From Octopus sinensis (lineage: Eukaryota), in contig NC_043002.1 of the NCBI RefSeq assembly GCF_006345805.1, positions 49,848,001 through 49,912,000 on the forward strand: a stretch of DNA of 64,000 bases. Reading direction: 5' to 3'. This document shows positions 49,338-62,929 of this stretch, piece by piece. The position numbers were made by a program, and so were the translations under genes. The notes under the pieces were generated by a model. The model did not search any database. It was not told where the DNA came from and was given only the letters and a program-made list of their open reading frames with translations. Each line of letters starts with the position of its first letter. Position 1 is the stretch's first letter.

Positions 49338-49867
49338 TACATACACACGTAAATCCTTTCTGCTGCTATAAGCACAAGGACTGAAAATTTTGGTGAGTGG
49401 GTAAGTCAATTATATTGACCCCCACTACTGAAATGGTATTTGTTTCATTGACCCCCAGTGCTTAGCTAGTACTTATTTCATCAACCCCGCAAACGATGAA
49501 AGGTAAAGTTGACTTTGATGGAATTTGAACTCAGAATGTAAATCATCATCATCATCATCATCATCATTTAGCGTCCGTTTTCCATGCTAGCATGGGTTGG
49601 ACGGTTCAACTGGGGTCTGGGGAGCCCGAAGGCTGCACCAGGCCAGTCAGATCTGGCAGTGTTTCTACAGCTGGATGCCCTTCCTAACGCCAACCACTCC
49701 GAGAGTGTAGTGGGTGATTTTATGTGCCACCGACACAGGTGCCAGACGAGGCTGGCGAATGGCCACGCTCGGATAAGCAGAAAAAAATGCTGCTGCTATG
49801 CATTTCATCCAGTGTGCTAACGATTCTGCCAGCTTAGCGCCTTACAGACACACACACATACACACAC

Positions 49868-49922
<55 letters not shown>

Positions 49923-50097
49923 ATGTGTTGTATGTATTTGTATTATTATCTTATCTATTGATTTATATAATATTTTGTATGCTTTTGATGTTCTCATTTG
50001 CACAATGAATAAATAATCTAACATCATAATATCCGTAGGTTGATGAACGAACTAATTTGTTTCTCCATTTTCTTATTTGTATTATATATATATATAT

Positions 50098-50128
<31 letters not shown>

Positions 50129-50153
50129 ATGTATGTTTGTATATATGTATGTA

Positions 50154-50192
<39 letters not shown>

Positions 50193-52851
50193 ATGTATGT
50201 ATGTATGTATATGTCAAAAAAACACACTTGTATTACACATGCACTTATGGACATGCCAACATATCAACACACGCGCAAACACACAGACACACAAATGCAC
50301 ATAGATATGCACACACATGCACACATACATGCACACTGACATACAAATGCACACACTGACACAAAAATGCACACCCTTACATACACACACATACACACAC
50401 TCACACATGCAAAGAGCACCTACGTGTTTTTCACAACACACACACACACACACATATGTATACATAGTGCCTCTTCCGCTGTATTGTACAAGTCTGCCTG
50501 ACTGATTGAACCGAAGTTGCACATAGCAAAGCGGTGAAGGCAATAACTGCAGTAAGTTTTGCACAAAGATCTGCAGTCGCTGCTGTGTCCCAACTTGCAG
50601 CACATCACTGTCTACAAACAGTGTTACTGCACACGGATGGCTACCTGGGAAGCATCAGGCATTGTTTAGCCCCAGCTCCTCAGCCCTAAATAAATAGATC
50701 TATGATCATAAGTGTTCAAGCCATGACCAGCCTCACCCTTACCTCAGACCTTGTGTATCTTGGATGACATTATCTAATGTTCCTTTGATTTTTGAAGACA
50801 ACGAGGTATACAATATAGGAGTAATTTAGCTGTTATTTCTAATTGTTAGAGTGGTCCCATAGTGATGAGGTGTGTCAGACAATATGCATTTAATTTTATG
50901 TGTTGTTGTTGTTAGTTTTACAGTCGTTTAGTCTTAAATCATTTGTGAAGCAGACTAATGATCTAAGGCAACCTGACCGTGACCATCCTGTCTTTATTTA
51001 CTTTGCTTTCAATCATTATGAATTTATGACAATATTGTCTATTTTTTTTTAATAATTTCTTTTTTAATAATGGTAAAATATGTGATTTGAGGCTGATTTG
51101 GCTGCTATTTCTAGCAAATGGAGCAACCACATCAGGCTCAGTCACTTGATTATCAGACTGTCTGCTTTGTCTATCTGCAGGCAACCGCACTTAGCAACTC
51201 TTAGAAATAGCTACCAGAGTTTTTATGAACCTTTTACCATTTACTTATTTCAGTCATTAGACTGTGGCCATGCTGGAGCACTGCCTTGAAGAATTGTAGT
51301 TGAACAAATCATCCTATTTATTCTCTCGGTTTCTTTTGCGAAACAGCTAAGTTACAGGGATGTAAACATACCAACACTGGTTGTCAAGTAGTAGCGAGGA
51401 ACAAACACAGATGCAAAGGCACACACACATACACAATATACATGTTTGTGAAGACCCGTCAAGCCAAGTGAAATCGTAGTTGTGGCTGATGCCAGAGTTT
51501 TATAACTGGCATCTATGCTGGTGGGATGTAAAAAGCACCCACTACACACTTGGACTGGTTAACATTAGGAAGGGCATCCAGCTGTAGAAATTATATCTGA
51601 AGGGCATCCAGCTGTAGAATTAGATTTGAATCTGGTGCAGTTCCCCAGCTTACCAGTTTTCAGTCAAACCAGCCAACCCATGCCAGCATGGAAAAACAGA
51701 CGTTAAATGATGATGACGATGAATGTGTGTGTGTGTGTGTGTGTTTTTGTGTGTGTGTGTGTGTGTGTGTATGACAGGCTTCTTTCATTTTCTGTCAACT
51801 AAATCCTCTCAGTCAGACCATGGCTATTGTAGAAGACACTTGCCCAAGATGCCACACAGTAGGACTGAACTCAGAACCATGTGGTTGGGAAGCAAGCTTC
51901 CTACCACACAGCCACACCTGTGCCAGCTCCTTCTGTTCCTTTTTCTTCATTTGACATTCTATCCCAGAGCATATTTACCCCGTCTCAGTGTCACACTAGC
52001 ATCAAGTTGGAACTAAATAAGCGCTCTTCCTTAAATTCTCCTTTGTGTTCTTTCTCTTTTACTTGTTTCAGTCATTTGACTGTGGCCATGCTGGAGCACT
52101 GCCTTTAGTCGAGCAGATCGATCCCAGGACTTATTCTTTCTAAGCCTAGTACTTATTCTATCGGTCTCTTTTGCCGAACTGCTACGTTACGGGAACGTAA
52201 ACACACCAGCATCGGTTGTCAAGCGATGATGTGGGGACAAACACCGACACACAAACATATACACAGAAACATATACACACATACATATACACATATACAT
52301 ATATAGAACGGGCTTCTTTCAGTTTCCGTCTACCAAATCCACTCACAAGGCTTTGGTCAGCCCGAGGCTATAGTAAAAGACACTTGCCTAAGGTGCCACG
52401 CAGTGGGACTGAACCCGGAACCATGTGGCTGGTAAGCAAGCCACTCCAACGCCTATTCTTAGCAAGAATATTTTACATTCTTTAACAGAGGCTGTGTTGT
52501 TGAGAAGCTGACTTCCCAATGACATAGTTTTGGGTTCTATCCCACTCTGTAGGACTTTCAATTAGTTTTCAACTGCAGCCCTGGGCTAACCAAATCCTTG
52601 TGTGTAGATTTTTCGGCAAGAACTGGGAAAAGCCTGTTGTATAACCTTCAGATAGTATTTACTCACTTGTCTGAAATAATACTCAGCAAATCAATCATAA
52701 ACTATTTTTATTCAAAATTAATGTGCATTTAAACATATTATTATCAAAGATATATTTTAACAATAAAATTTAAATCAAACAAATATAATAATACATACTA
52801 ATTTTAAATATTAATACAATGAAAACATCATATTTTGTGTGTGTGTGTGTT

Positions 52852-52899
<48 letters not shown>

Positions 52900-53199
52900 T
52901 CCCCACTGCAGCTTGGCAACCTGTACTGGTTTATTTACGTCCCCCATAATCTTGTGGTTTGGCAGAAGGGACTGACAGAATTAGGTACCAGATTTTTAAA
53001 AAATATACAAGTACTGGTATCATCTTGTTCCACCACCCTTCAAGGTGGTGCCCCAGCATAGCCGTAGTCCAACAACTGAAACCAGTAAAATGATATACAC
53101 ACACATCCACATCATCACGTTAACCAACCGCTACCCCTACTACTGCTACTTTGATTCCACTCCAGGCCTATCTAGTCAACAGTCAATGTTCCACACTCT

Positions 53200-53716
53200 G
53201 TTCATCATCATCATCATCATCATACGTCCGTTCTCCATGCTAGCATGGGTTGGACGGTTCGACCGGGAATCTGGGAAGCCAGAAGGCTGCACCAGGCTCC
53301 AGTTTTATCTGGCAATGTTTCTACAGCTGGATGCCCTTCCTAACGCCAACCACTCCGTGAGTGTAGTGGGTGCTTTTTACGTGCCACCTACACTGGAGCC
53401 AGGCGAGGCTGGCATCGGTCACGGTCGGATTGGTGCATTTTACGTGTCACCTGCACGGAAGCCAGTCGAGGCGGCACTGGCTTCAGCCACGATTCGGATG
53501 GTGCTTTTTATGTGCCACCGACACGGAAGCCAGTCGAGGCGGCACTGGCTTCAGCCACGATTCGGATGGTGCTTTTTATGTGCCACCGACACGGAAGCCA
53601 GTCGAGGCGGCACTGGCTTCAGCCACGATTCGGATGGTGCTTTTTACGTGCCACCGACACGGAAGCCAGATGAGGCGGCGCTGGCATCGGCCACGATTCG
53701 GATAGTGCTTTTTACA
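53200..53716 (-). mobile_element. Family C SINE with an internal 68-bp VNTR (5 units)
   Basis: Units start at 53381, 53444, 53512, 53580 and 53648 (GTGCCACCGACACGGAAGCCAGTCGAGGCGGCACTGGCTTCAGCCACGATTCGGATGGTGCTTTTTAT). Confidence 0.9.
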
Positions 53717-54244
53717 TATCTGTTGTTTACTGTAATTCATTAGTGTCCTAATTTAGTGTCCTTATTACCTTCACCACTGCCCCATCTATTCAACATACAT
53801 ATTTTACTATTCTTTCACCTGGAAATGTCTATATGTTCACACCTTCATTAGCGGCGCAGCCATCATCTGTCTGCTGGCTTGCATTACTGCTGTGATCACC
53901 TTGGTTTCTCATATTCTACAGTTTTGCCAATCATCTAGGGCGAGGGACAGCAAGTCAGCTTTCCTGTTGAGTACTACAGCTATAAGAGAATGAATACATA
54001 CACACTCACTGGATGGTTCCTGGTTTTGGGTAAAAGAAAATACAGGAGGATCAGTTAATTATGATTTTATTTAACATAGGCGCAGGAGTGGCTGTGTGGT
54101 AAGTAGCTTGTTTACCAACCACATGGTTCCGGGTTCAGTCGCACTGCGTGGCCCCTTGGGCAAGTGTCTTCTACTACTATAGCCTCGGGCCGACCAAAGC
54201 CTTGTGAGTGGATTTGGTAGACGGAAACTGAAAGAAGCCCGTCG

Positions 54245-54282
<38 letters not shown>

Positions 54283-55003
54283 ATATATGCGTGTGCGGTT
54301 TTTGTGTGTGTGTGTGTTTGTCCCCCTAGCATTGCTTGACAACCGATGCTGGTATGTTTATGTCCCCGTTACTTAGCGGTTCGGCAAAAGAGACGATCGT
54401 GAATAAGTACTAGGCTTACAAAAGAATAAGTCCCAGGGTCGAGTTGCTCGATTAAAGGTGGTGCTCCAGCATGGCCGCAGTCAAATGACTGAAACAAGTA
54501 AAAGAGTAAAAGAGAAAGAGAGTATACCCACCTCCACCACCACCTCTCAGATTCACACACTGCAGTGATCTGTCTGTCAGTTTTACTAGGCCCTGAAAAG
54601 AACTCAAAAGTATTTATATTCCTTTTGAGTCTGGAATCTTATTGTATCATGCCTTTTGCTGAGTTACAGGGGGTGTAAACAAACCAACACTGGTTGTCAA
54701 GCAGTGAGAGGACAAACATCAAGACATGCATACACATTCACACACATGTATAGCAATTTATATTTACATGTAAATATTTACATTCATGTCTATGTTTGTG
54801 TGTGTGTGTTCTCTTCAACCATATCCACCCTCAATGCATTGTTCAGTGTGGAGCTTTTGTAGAAGACACCTGCTGACGGTGCCGTGCAGTGGGACTGAAC
54901 CTGAAACTACGTGGTTGTAAAGTAGGCTTCTCAACTGACATACATACATGCATGCATACATACATACATAATACATGCATACATACATACATACATACAT
55001 ACA

Positions 55004-55345
55004 TGTGTGTGTGTTTATACAGGTATGTTTAAACATGTAACATATTTGTTAATGATGATACATACGTACATACATGCATACATACATATGCATATATATA
55101 TATATAAATATACACACACACATATATATTTAGATATAGATACATACAAATATACATACATACATGCATGCATACATACATACATGTGTGTGTGTTTATA
55201 CAGGTATGTTTAAACATGTAACATATTTGTTAATGATGATACATACGTACATACATGCATACATACATATGCATATATATATATATATATAAATATACAC
55301 ACACACACACATATATATTTAGATATAGATAGATACATACATACA
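55004..55345. repeat. Tandem duplication, 181-bp period
   Basis: AGGTATGTTTAAACATGTAACATATTTGTTAATGATGATACATACG starts at 55021 and again at 55202. Confidence 0.9.
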
Positions 55346-55538
55346 TATATTTACTCACACGCGCACACACAAAGAGAGAGAGAGAGAGAAACGGAGAAGG
55401 AAAGACAGACTTAATGAGGCTCTGTGTGTGTGTGAGTGCGCGTAGTGATGTTAAAGCAGAGTAGAAAAAGGTAAAAATGTAACGAAGATTGTTTTTGGTA
55501 CGTTTTGCTGGGGAAGAAAACGAGAAAGAAGAAGAAGA

Positions 55539-55605
<67 letters not shown>

Positions 55606-55910
55606 AAAACAAAATTAATTGATGTTGAGGAGTGGGAAGGGGAGGTTTTTGAGACGAAGATTGCTTGACACTACTAACATACACACACATACACCTATGT
55701 AATACATGCACAGTGGCATAAGCACTTATTGATACACACACACACACACACACGCTAATATATGTACACACATAAGCATTTGTTGATACACATACACAAT
55801 TTCTATATTTGCAATTACATAAACGTGTCATGCCGTACGGATTTTCTCACACGTAACACATTGTCAAGCCGGACATACATATACGCACTTGTGTATACAC
55901 TCACACACAG

Positions 55911-55948
<38 letters not shown>

Positions 55949-55949
55949 A

Positions 55950-55989
55950 CGAGATAGATAGATAGATAGATATGATAGATATGATAGAT

Positions 55990-56020
<31 letters not shown>

Positions 56021-56177
56021 GTGTGATAGATAGATAGATAGATAGATAGGTGTGATAGATAGATAGATAGGTATGATAGCTAGATAGATAGGTGTGATAG
56101 CTAGATAGATAGGTAGGTAGATAGATAGGTAGGTAGATAGATAGATAGATAGGTACGTAGATAGATAGGTAGGTACG

Positions 56178-56208
<31 letters not shown>

Positions 56209-56450
56209 GTAGGTAGGTAGGTAGGTAGGTAGGTAGGTAGGTAGGTGGGTAGATAGGTAGATAGATAGGTAGGTAGGTAGGTAGGTAGGTAGATAGATAG
56301 ATAGATAGGTAGGTAGGTAGATAGGTAGATAGGTAGGTAGGTAGATAGATAGGTAGGTAGATAGGTAGGTAGGTAGATAGGTAGGTAGGTAGATAGGTAG
56401 GTAGGTAGATAGTTAGGTAGATAGGTAGATAGATAGATAGATAGATAGAT
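55950..56450. repeat. (GATA/GGTA)n tetranucleotide array
   Basis: Read directly. It is preceded by a (GAA)n(GTA)n tract at 55525-55605. Confidence 0.95.
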
Positions 56451-56802
56451 CGATAGAGCGAGAGACAGTGTGTGTGTGTGTACAAGTTAGTGTATGTACA
56501 CATTTGCGTATGCATACATTCACACACTTGCACACATTTTTTAAGCAATATATATACACACGCATTCATATGCGTACATGTATTTGCATGCACACTAGCA
56601 CACAAGGTCATTGACTTACATACTCAAGATCACATCCTTACGAAATTATATTTACACACACACACACACACACGGAGATAAGAAGAAAAAAAACGAATAT
56701 TTGATGAAGTGGGTGTGAGGTACAAGGAAAAGAAAGATATAACTTCATTGAATATGCGATGGAGATGGAAGTGGTGGAGGCATTTGGAGCGGCGGGGAAT
56801 TA

Positions 56803-57282
56803 CCGTAAATCCTCGAGTATAGTCCGCCCTTGAGTATAATTCGCAGGGGATTTTTAGGGGGCTGTACCTCTGAAAAACCTAAACCTTGTGTATAATACGC
56901 ACCCCTTCTCTAACTTGAGTCAACGAGGTCTATATAACGTCCTTGGTTTGTGAAAATGTATACGGTAACGTCCTTTATTATTATTGTATATATAACATAA
57001 TGCAAACGTGTAGCTTTTTTGTGCATTTTGTTTGCAGAAAATAAAGAAATAACAGTAATAACGTTTAATAAATGTTGCTAACTGCAAGTTATCGATGATT
57101 TAAGGTATTTTCGCGCCCGACATCACCAAATGCGTCTGAATAAACATTGCCGGACAGCAAATAGAGACTCGGACATTGCTTAGAAAATAATTTTCATTTT
57201 TAACCTCGTATATAGTACGCACTAGGGATTTTGACCTTTAAATTTTGGGGAAGAAATGCGGATTATACTCGAGGATTTACAG
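56803..57282. mobile_element. pogo/Tigger-type MITE with TA TSD
   Basis: TA|CCGTAAATCCTCGAGTATAGTCCGC ... GCGGATTATACTCGAGGATTTACAG|TA. Confidence 0.9.
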
Positions 57283-58839
57283 TAATGGAAAATTAACATT
57301 TGGACCGACATGCTAGAATTAACAGTCACACATAATTACTTTAAAAGAAAGTGTTTTTAAAGTTAGAAGGACTGAGCATAAAAGCGAAAAAGGCGCTGGG
57401 ACTCATATCAAGCAATGTTTAACTCAATTTCTCTTATTTTATGCGAAATATTTCATTAGTTGTACTTATACATAATTGTATTCTACATTCATGAATTGCA
57501 TGTTTCAGTAACAATGTCATGATATAGAGGTATGGCATGAAAGAGATGAAACCCCACAGGATTGTCGAGTGGCGAGAGGTTATGAAATGAGGGTTGTTTG
57601 TTTTGGTTCTTCAGGTGTCACGGGATTGAGCAGACAGTTGAAAAATGCAGGCGGTTGGTTAAATAAAGTAATGGCTCCAGAAAAGTTCTTTTCAAGGCCA
57701 TGCGATTAACAACAAAGATTCTACTTTTATCGCACAACCGAACTATAGAGTTTTTTAAAAAAAACTGTTGAAAAGACGACAATTTCATTAAAGCGCTCGG
57801 GGACAGAGGTCGTTCACTTTGTCCCCCTGTTAGCTATGTCACGAGTAGGACTTGGTCCTAGATGTGGCCCTAGATGCACTATCTTTGCGAAAATGACCGG
57901 ATAACCACAGGATCAGAAGTGAAAGGGATAGCGTCGAAGATAGTGGAGATTCGAGGGGTGGCGGCACACTCTGGGAGTGGCACTTTTGGGTCAGCTGCCT
58001 GTAGAGACTTGAGACACCGGGTGGGGGCGCAAATCAGTGGCTGTTCTGGATAGCAGACACTGTTGGTATGCCACTGAAAAAAGTTATACAAACGGGGACA
58101 GCCTAGCTTCTCAACAAACGGCGACCAGGTTCTGAAGGAGCCCTCAAGGCCCTGTGCATTTTTGAGGGGGTAACCCGACCACAGTAACAACAACAGTAAC
58201 AATATATAAAATATATATAAGGTTAGCAGAATATGATCAAAGACGTTCCATCTATGGTCACCCAATCATATTCTTAAACATAGTGCCATAGCGTATCTAG
58301 GACTACATAATCCAATAAGTCCTTCCTATTTTAAAATGGTTTAGTGTAGCTGCTATTTCTAGCATACTACACAACCCCATACAGGCTTCTCTGTTCGATC
58401 TTTTAATTACTTCTCAGGTACCCGTTTTAATTACAATCAGAGGACACCTCAGAGTATAAAGGAAAATACAGGTTGTTTGTTTGGTTTCTTATTTATTTTT
58501 ATTTCATTTACTTTTTCTTTTTTTTTTTTATCTATTTTGTCTTTCGCTTGTGTCAGTCATTAGACTGCGGCCTTGCTGGGGCACTTATTTATTTATTTGG
58601 CGCGTGGTGGGGAGTGGTCCCGTTTACAATGGTAGAATAATGAAGAATAGATTGCAAATGAAGAATATCCAACGCATGAAGCGGCCAGTGGGATGGATGT
58701 AGGGTGGAAGCGGAAGCGGATGATGATGGTAGGGGTGGATGATGATGATGATGATGAGATAAATGAAGGGGGGCGGGTAGATATGCAGAAAGTGAAGCTG
58801 TGTGGTGTTGTTGAAAGGAGAGGAGGAAATGTATGAAAC

Positions 58840-59600
58840 GAAGAAAACATAGATGATGGAATTGATGATGATGATGATGATGAGCAGGATTATAGCGATG
58901 ATGGCAATCACAATTGACGGCGATGGTGATGATGATGGTGGTGGTGGTAGTGGTGGTGGAGATGGTGAAGATGATGAAGATGTTGAGCAGGATGGTAGCG
59001 ATGATGATGATGAAGATAACGATGGCAACCCCGATGAGGGCAATGATGATGGTGGTGGTAGTAGTGGTGGTGGTGGTAATGAGCAGCATGGTAGCGATGA
59101 TGATGATAGCATTGGCAATCACGATGAGGGCGATGATGATGGTAGTGGTGGTGGTGGTGGTGGTGGTGATGATAACGATGATGATTAATGATGGCGATGA
59201 CGATAGCGGTGATGAGGAGGTAGGTGGAAGAGGTTGATGATGGTGGTGGTGATGATGATAATAGCGATGACGATAGCGATGGCGATGAGGGTAATGATGA
59301 CATTGTCGATGATGATGATAGCAATGACGGCGATGATGATGATGATGATGACAGCGACGAAAGTGACGGTGTTGGTAATCGTGATTATGATGATGATGAC
59401 GACGTTGTTGACGATGACTACGATGATGTTCAGAATGATGAAAGAGATGACAAACAAAAACAAAACAAAAACAAAGCAAAAATGCAATGCAACAAAAAAA
59501 AAATAAGAACAAACATTAACAGAAAGAAAACATGGATAACCTGAAAGAGAAATGGCGACGGCGTCGATGATGATAGAAGTGGTGTTGGCAGTGGTGATGC

Positions 59601-59676
<76 letters not shown>

Positions 59677-59705
59677 GGTGGTGGTGGTGGTGGTGGTGGT
59701 GGTGT
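58840..59705. repeat. (GAT/GGT)n trinucleotide region with about 100-bp higher-order duplications
   Basis: The GAGCAG.AT..TAGCGATGATG motif recurs near 58882, 58985 and 59080; pure (GAT)n(GGT)n at 59600-59703. Confidence 0.85.
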
Positions 59706-60577
59706 AAAAAAAAAAAAGACAGAAAACAAGAACGAGATGATGGAAGATGTATCATCTACCATAGATCATTGCTACATGTTGTCTGCCATGGTATCCAGCT
59801 GCTAAGATGTTTTATACAACGGGGTGGTGGTGGCGGCGGCGGCGATGTAGGTGAAGATTAATAGATGTTACTGGTATCTGTGGAGGTGTATGTGTGTTTT
59901 TCTGAATAAGCAGGGTGGTGGTGGGTGGGTGGGTGGGTGGGTGGGTGGTTGCATTAAGGGTACACACATACACACACACACACACACACGCACGCACAAA
60001 CTGCAGTGTAGTAAAATATACACATGTCATCAGCCGTCTGCTGTCACCAATCCATCATGGTGTCTCCATTGACGAACGGTACTGGGGTGGGGTGGGGGGT
60101 TAGCTCTCCTCTCGAGCGGGTGGACTTGTTTTTTTTATTAGGGTTACCTTTTGTCGAGGTGGGGGCATGTGGAGGTTAGCTCATGCAAGACTGTCTCTTA
60201 ATTGTGTATGTGTGTGTACACACACACATATACATATACATTTGCACATACTTACAAACTCACACACAAATACAAACTCAGATATGCACACACACACACA
60301 CTCGCATAATCATATATACACACACACACACACACATAATAGAGTAATCACAAAACCAAATGTGGATATTTGAATGCATTTAATATGAACGTTTCGAGTA
60401 GTTACGTACAGTACCCGCTATGTAATAATATCCTCGTCAGCTGACATTTTCGATATATAAAGGCGTTGAGCTGTCAGAATCGTTAGCATGCCGGGCAAAA
60501 TGCTTAGCGACATTTCGTCCGTCTTACTCCTCACCTAAAACTTGTGCCAAAATATGAAAACAGTATATAAAGGTATG

Positions 60578-60718
60578 GAAGGCACATGGCCTAGTGGTTA
60601 GAGCAGCGGACTCGCGGTCGAAGGATCGCGGGTTCGAATCTCAGATCGAGCGATGTGTGTGTTTATGAGCGAAACACCTAAGCTCCACGAAACTCCGGCA
60701 GAAGGTGATGGCGAACTC
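60578..60718 (+). mobile_element. SINE family E 5' fragment (tRNA-like head)
   Basis: A box TGGCCTAGTGGTTAG and B box GGTTCGAATC; continues into the family E body seen at 18679-18994. No tRNA 3' acceptor strand. Confidence 0.8.
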
Positions 60719-61000
60719 TTCTTTCAGTTTCTCTCCACGAAATTCAGTCACTAGGTTTGGTCGGCCCGCGGATATAGCAGAAGATACTTGCCCATGGCGT
60801 CGTGTATTGGGAGTGAACGCAGAACTGTGTGGTTGGGAAGCAAGCTTCTTAGCATACTGCCACTCCTATATATATGTATGTGTGTGTGTGTGTGTGTGTG
60901 TGGTTCCTAAACCCTGAGATGATTCTAAGGTTTCGTGAGGTTTGTCTGTAGATATATATGTATGCATGTGTATGTATTCATAAATACATAATATATGTTT

Positions 61001-61037
<37 letters not shown>

Positions 61038-61446
61038 ACACACACACACACACGTGTATGTGTGTGTGTAGTGTTTCAGTCTTCGGACTGCGACTACTTC
61101 AGACGCCTTGAAGGGTTTATTCGAACAAATTGACCTCAATTCCAATGTTTTTATTTTCTAGGTCTGGTTCTTATTCTGTCTCTCCTTAAGTACAATAAAA
61201 ATTTGAATGCGTGTGTGTGTGTGTGATATATACACACGTATATAGTGCACACACACATGCACATATATGATATATATATATATACACACGTACGAGTGAT
61301 AAATACACGCACCTCAATGTGATTCATATAAATATGGCAAAAAAAATCATGCACACCTGTGATATATATATCACATATATAAGATGCACACATATATAAG
61401 ACACATATATACACACGTCCATGTCATACGTGTACACATATAGACG

Positions 61447-62242
61447 AAGGCGTGGCTGTGTGGTAGGAAACTTGCTTCCCAACCACATTGTTCCGGGTTC
61501 ATTCCCTCTGCGTAGCACCTTGGATAAGTGTCTTCTACTATAGCCCCAGACTAACCAAAGTCTTCTCAGGGGATTTCGTAGACGGAAACGGGAAGAAACC
61601 CGTCGTATATATATATATATGTACATCTATGAGCGTGTGTGTCTTTGTGCTTGCTCCACCACCATCGCTTGACGACCGATGGTGGTGTGTTTATGATCCC
61701 CGTAACTTAGCAGTTCGACAAAATAAACCGATAGAATAAGTCTTGAGGTTGATTTCTTCAACAACAAAAGTTCTGTAAGGTGGTGCTCTAGCATGGTCGC
61801 AGTCAAATGATGGACACAAGTAAAAGAATATAACAGAATACATCTCTCTAATTACTTTCTTACTTGTTTCAGTCAGTTGACTGTGGCCATTCTGGAGCAC
61901 CGCCTTTAGTCGAGCAAATCGACCCTAGGACTTATTCTTTGTACGCTTAGTACTTATTCTATCGGTCTCTTTTGCCGAACCGCTAAGTTACGGGGACGTA
62001 AACACACCAGCATCGGTTGTCAAGCGATGTTGGGGGGACAAACAGACACACAAACGCACACACATATACATATATATACGACGGGTTTCTTTCAGTTTCC
62101 GTCTACCAAATCCACTCACAAGGCTCTGGTCGGCCCGAGGCTATAGTAGAAGACAATTGCCCAAGGTCCCACGCAGTGGGACTGAACCCGGAACCATGAG
62201 GTTTGTAAGCAAGCTACTTACCACACAGCCACTCCTACGCCT
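61447..62242. mobile_element. Two full-length family B SINEs tail-to-tail (61447-61829 +, 61856-62242 -)
   Basis: Both have head, microsatellite and 3' half; the tails are separated by about 26 nt. Confidence 0.9.
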
Positions 62243-62929
62243 ATATCCACACATTTTCAATAAAATATCTGCAGCACACACGCACAGACATAAGTACATA
62301 CATACAAACATGCATGTATGCATACATACATACATGCATACACACATGCATACATACATACATACATGTGCATGTACAAACACCCACAAACACCATACAT
62401 CCCAAGACACATACGTTCGCAATATATATATATATATATATATATATACTACATTCGCCACACATGTAAGCCACATGTTACATACAAACACAAAATGCAC
62501 TTCACATACATGCTACATGAACTACATACACACACCACATGCACATGCATGCACCACGAACACACACACACACACACACACACACACCACGAACAACTAT
62601 ATATACATGCACGCACACACACACACCATACAGACCCATAATATATACACACACACACACACAACCACACACGCTATGCATGCACGCACACACACCACCC
62701 ATACATACACCCAAACCACAAAATCCTTCCCATTCCAATTCTGCAGGTTTTAATGGATTCTAATTTTAGTTAAATGGAACATTGTGCGAAGTAAAACTTC
62801 ATTAAATGGTTACAGACAATGATGTGGTGGTGGTGGTGGTGGTGGTTGTGACGACAGTAGCGATACTGATAGTGGTGGCGGTGGCGGTGGTGGTGATGGC
62901 GGTAGTGGTGGTGGTGGTAGTGGTAATGA

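Noticed and set aside
50420-50608. RECK orthologue, tempting because amniote RECK hosts an intronic hammerhead
   Set aside because: Only one CC-like motif with extra Cys, explainable as an antisense shadow of GCA codons. It is on the opposite strand from the hammerhead motifs, and no other RECK exons were found.
50660-50690. Minus-strand CTGAGGA-GC-TGGG-GC-TAAAC hammerhead-like string
   Set aside because: The essential G12 is T, stem II is only 2 bp, and it lies in a SINE-like repeat.
53381-53716. CRISPR-like repeat array with palindromic repeats
   Set aside because: The units are contiguous with no unique spacers, lie inside a SINE, and the context is eukaryotic with no cas genes.
57930-58010. 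RNase H-like VAAHSG motif
   Set aside because: It lacks the conserved W and the GNE..D catalytic residues, and the frame is short.
58853-59544. Asp/Gly-rich ORFs resembling acidic biomineralisation proteins
   Set aside because: (GAT/GGT)n low complexity keeps several frames open on both strands; no signal peptide or supported exon boundaries.
60578-60655. tRNA gene (Arg-like)
   Set aside because: A and B boxes are present but there is no acceptor-stem 3' strand; it continues into the family E SINE body.
2400-62760. The many HT/YI/CV/LS-repeat ORFs in the track
   Set aside because: They are direct translations of (CA)n, (TA)n, (TG)n and (CT)n microsatellites, which lack stop codons.
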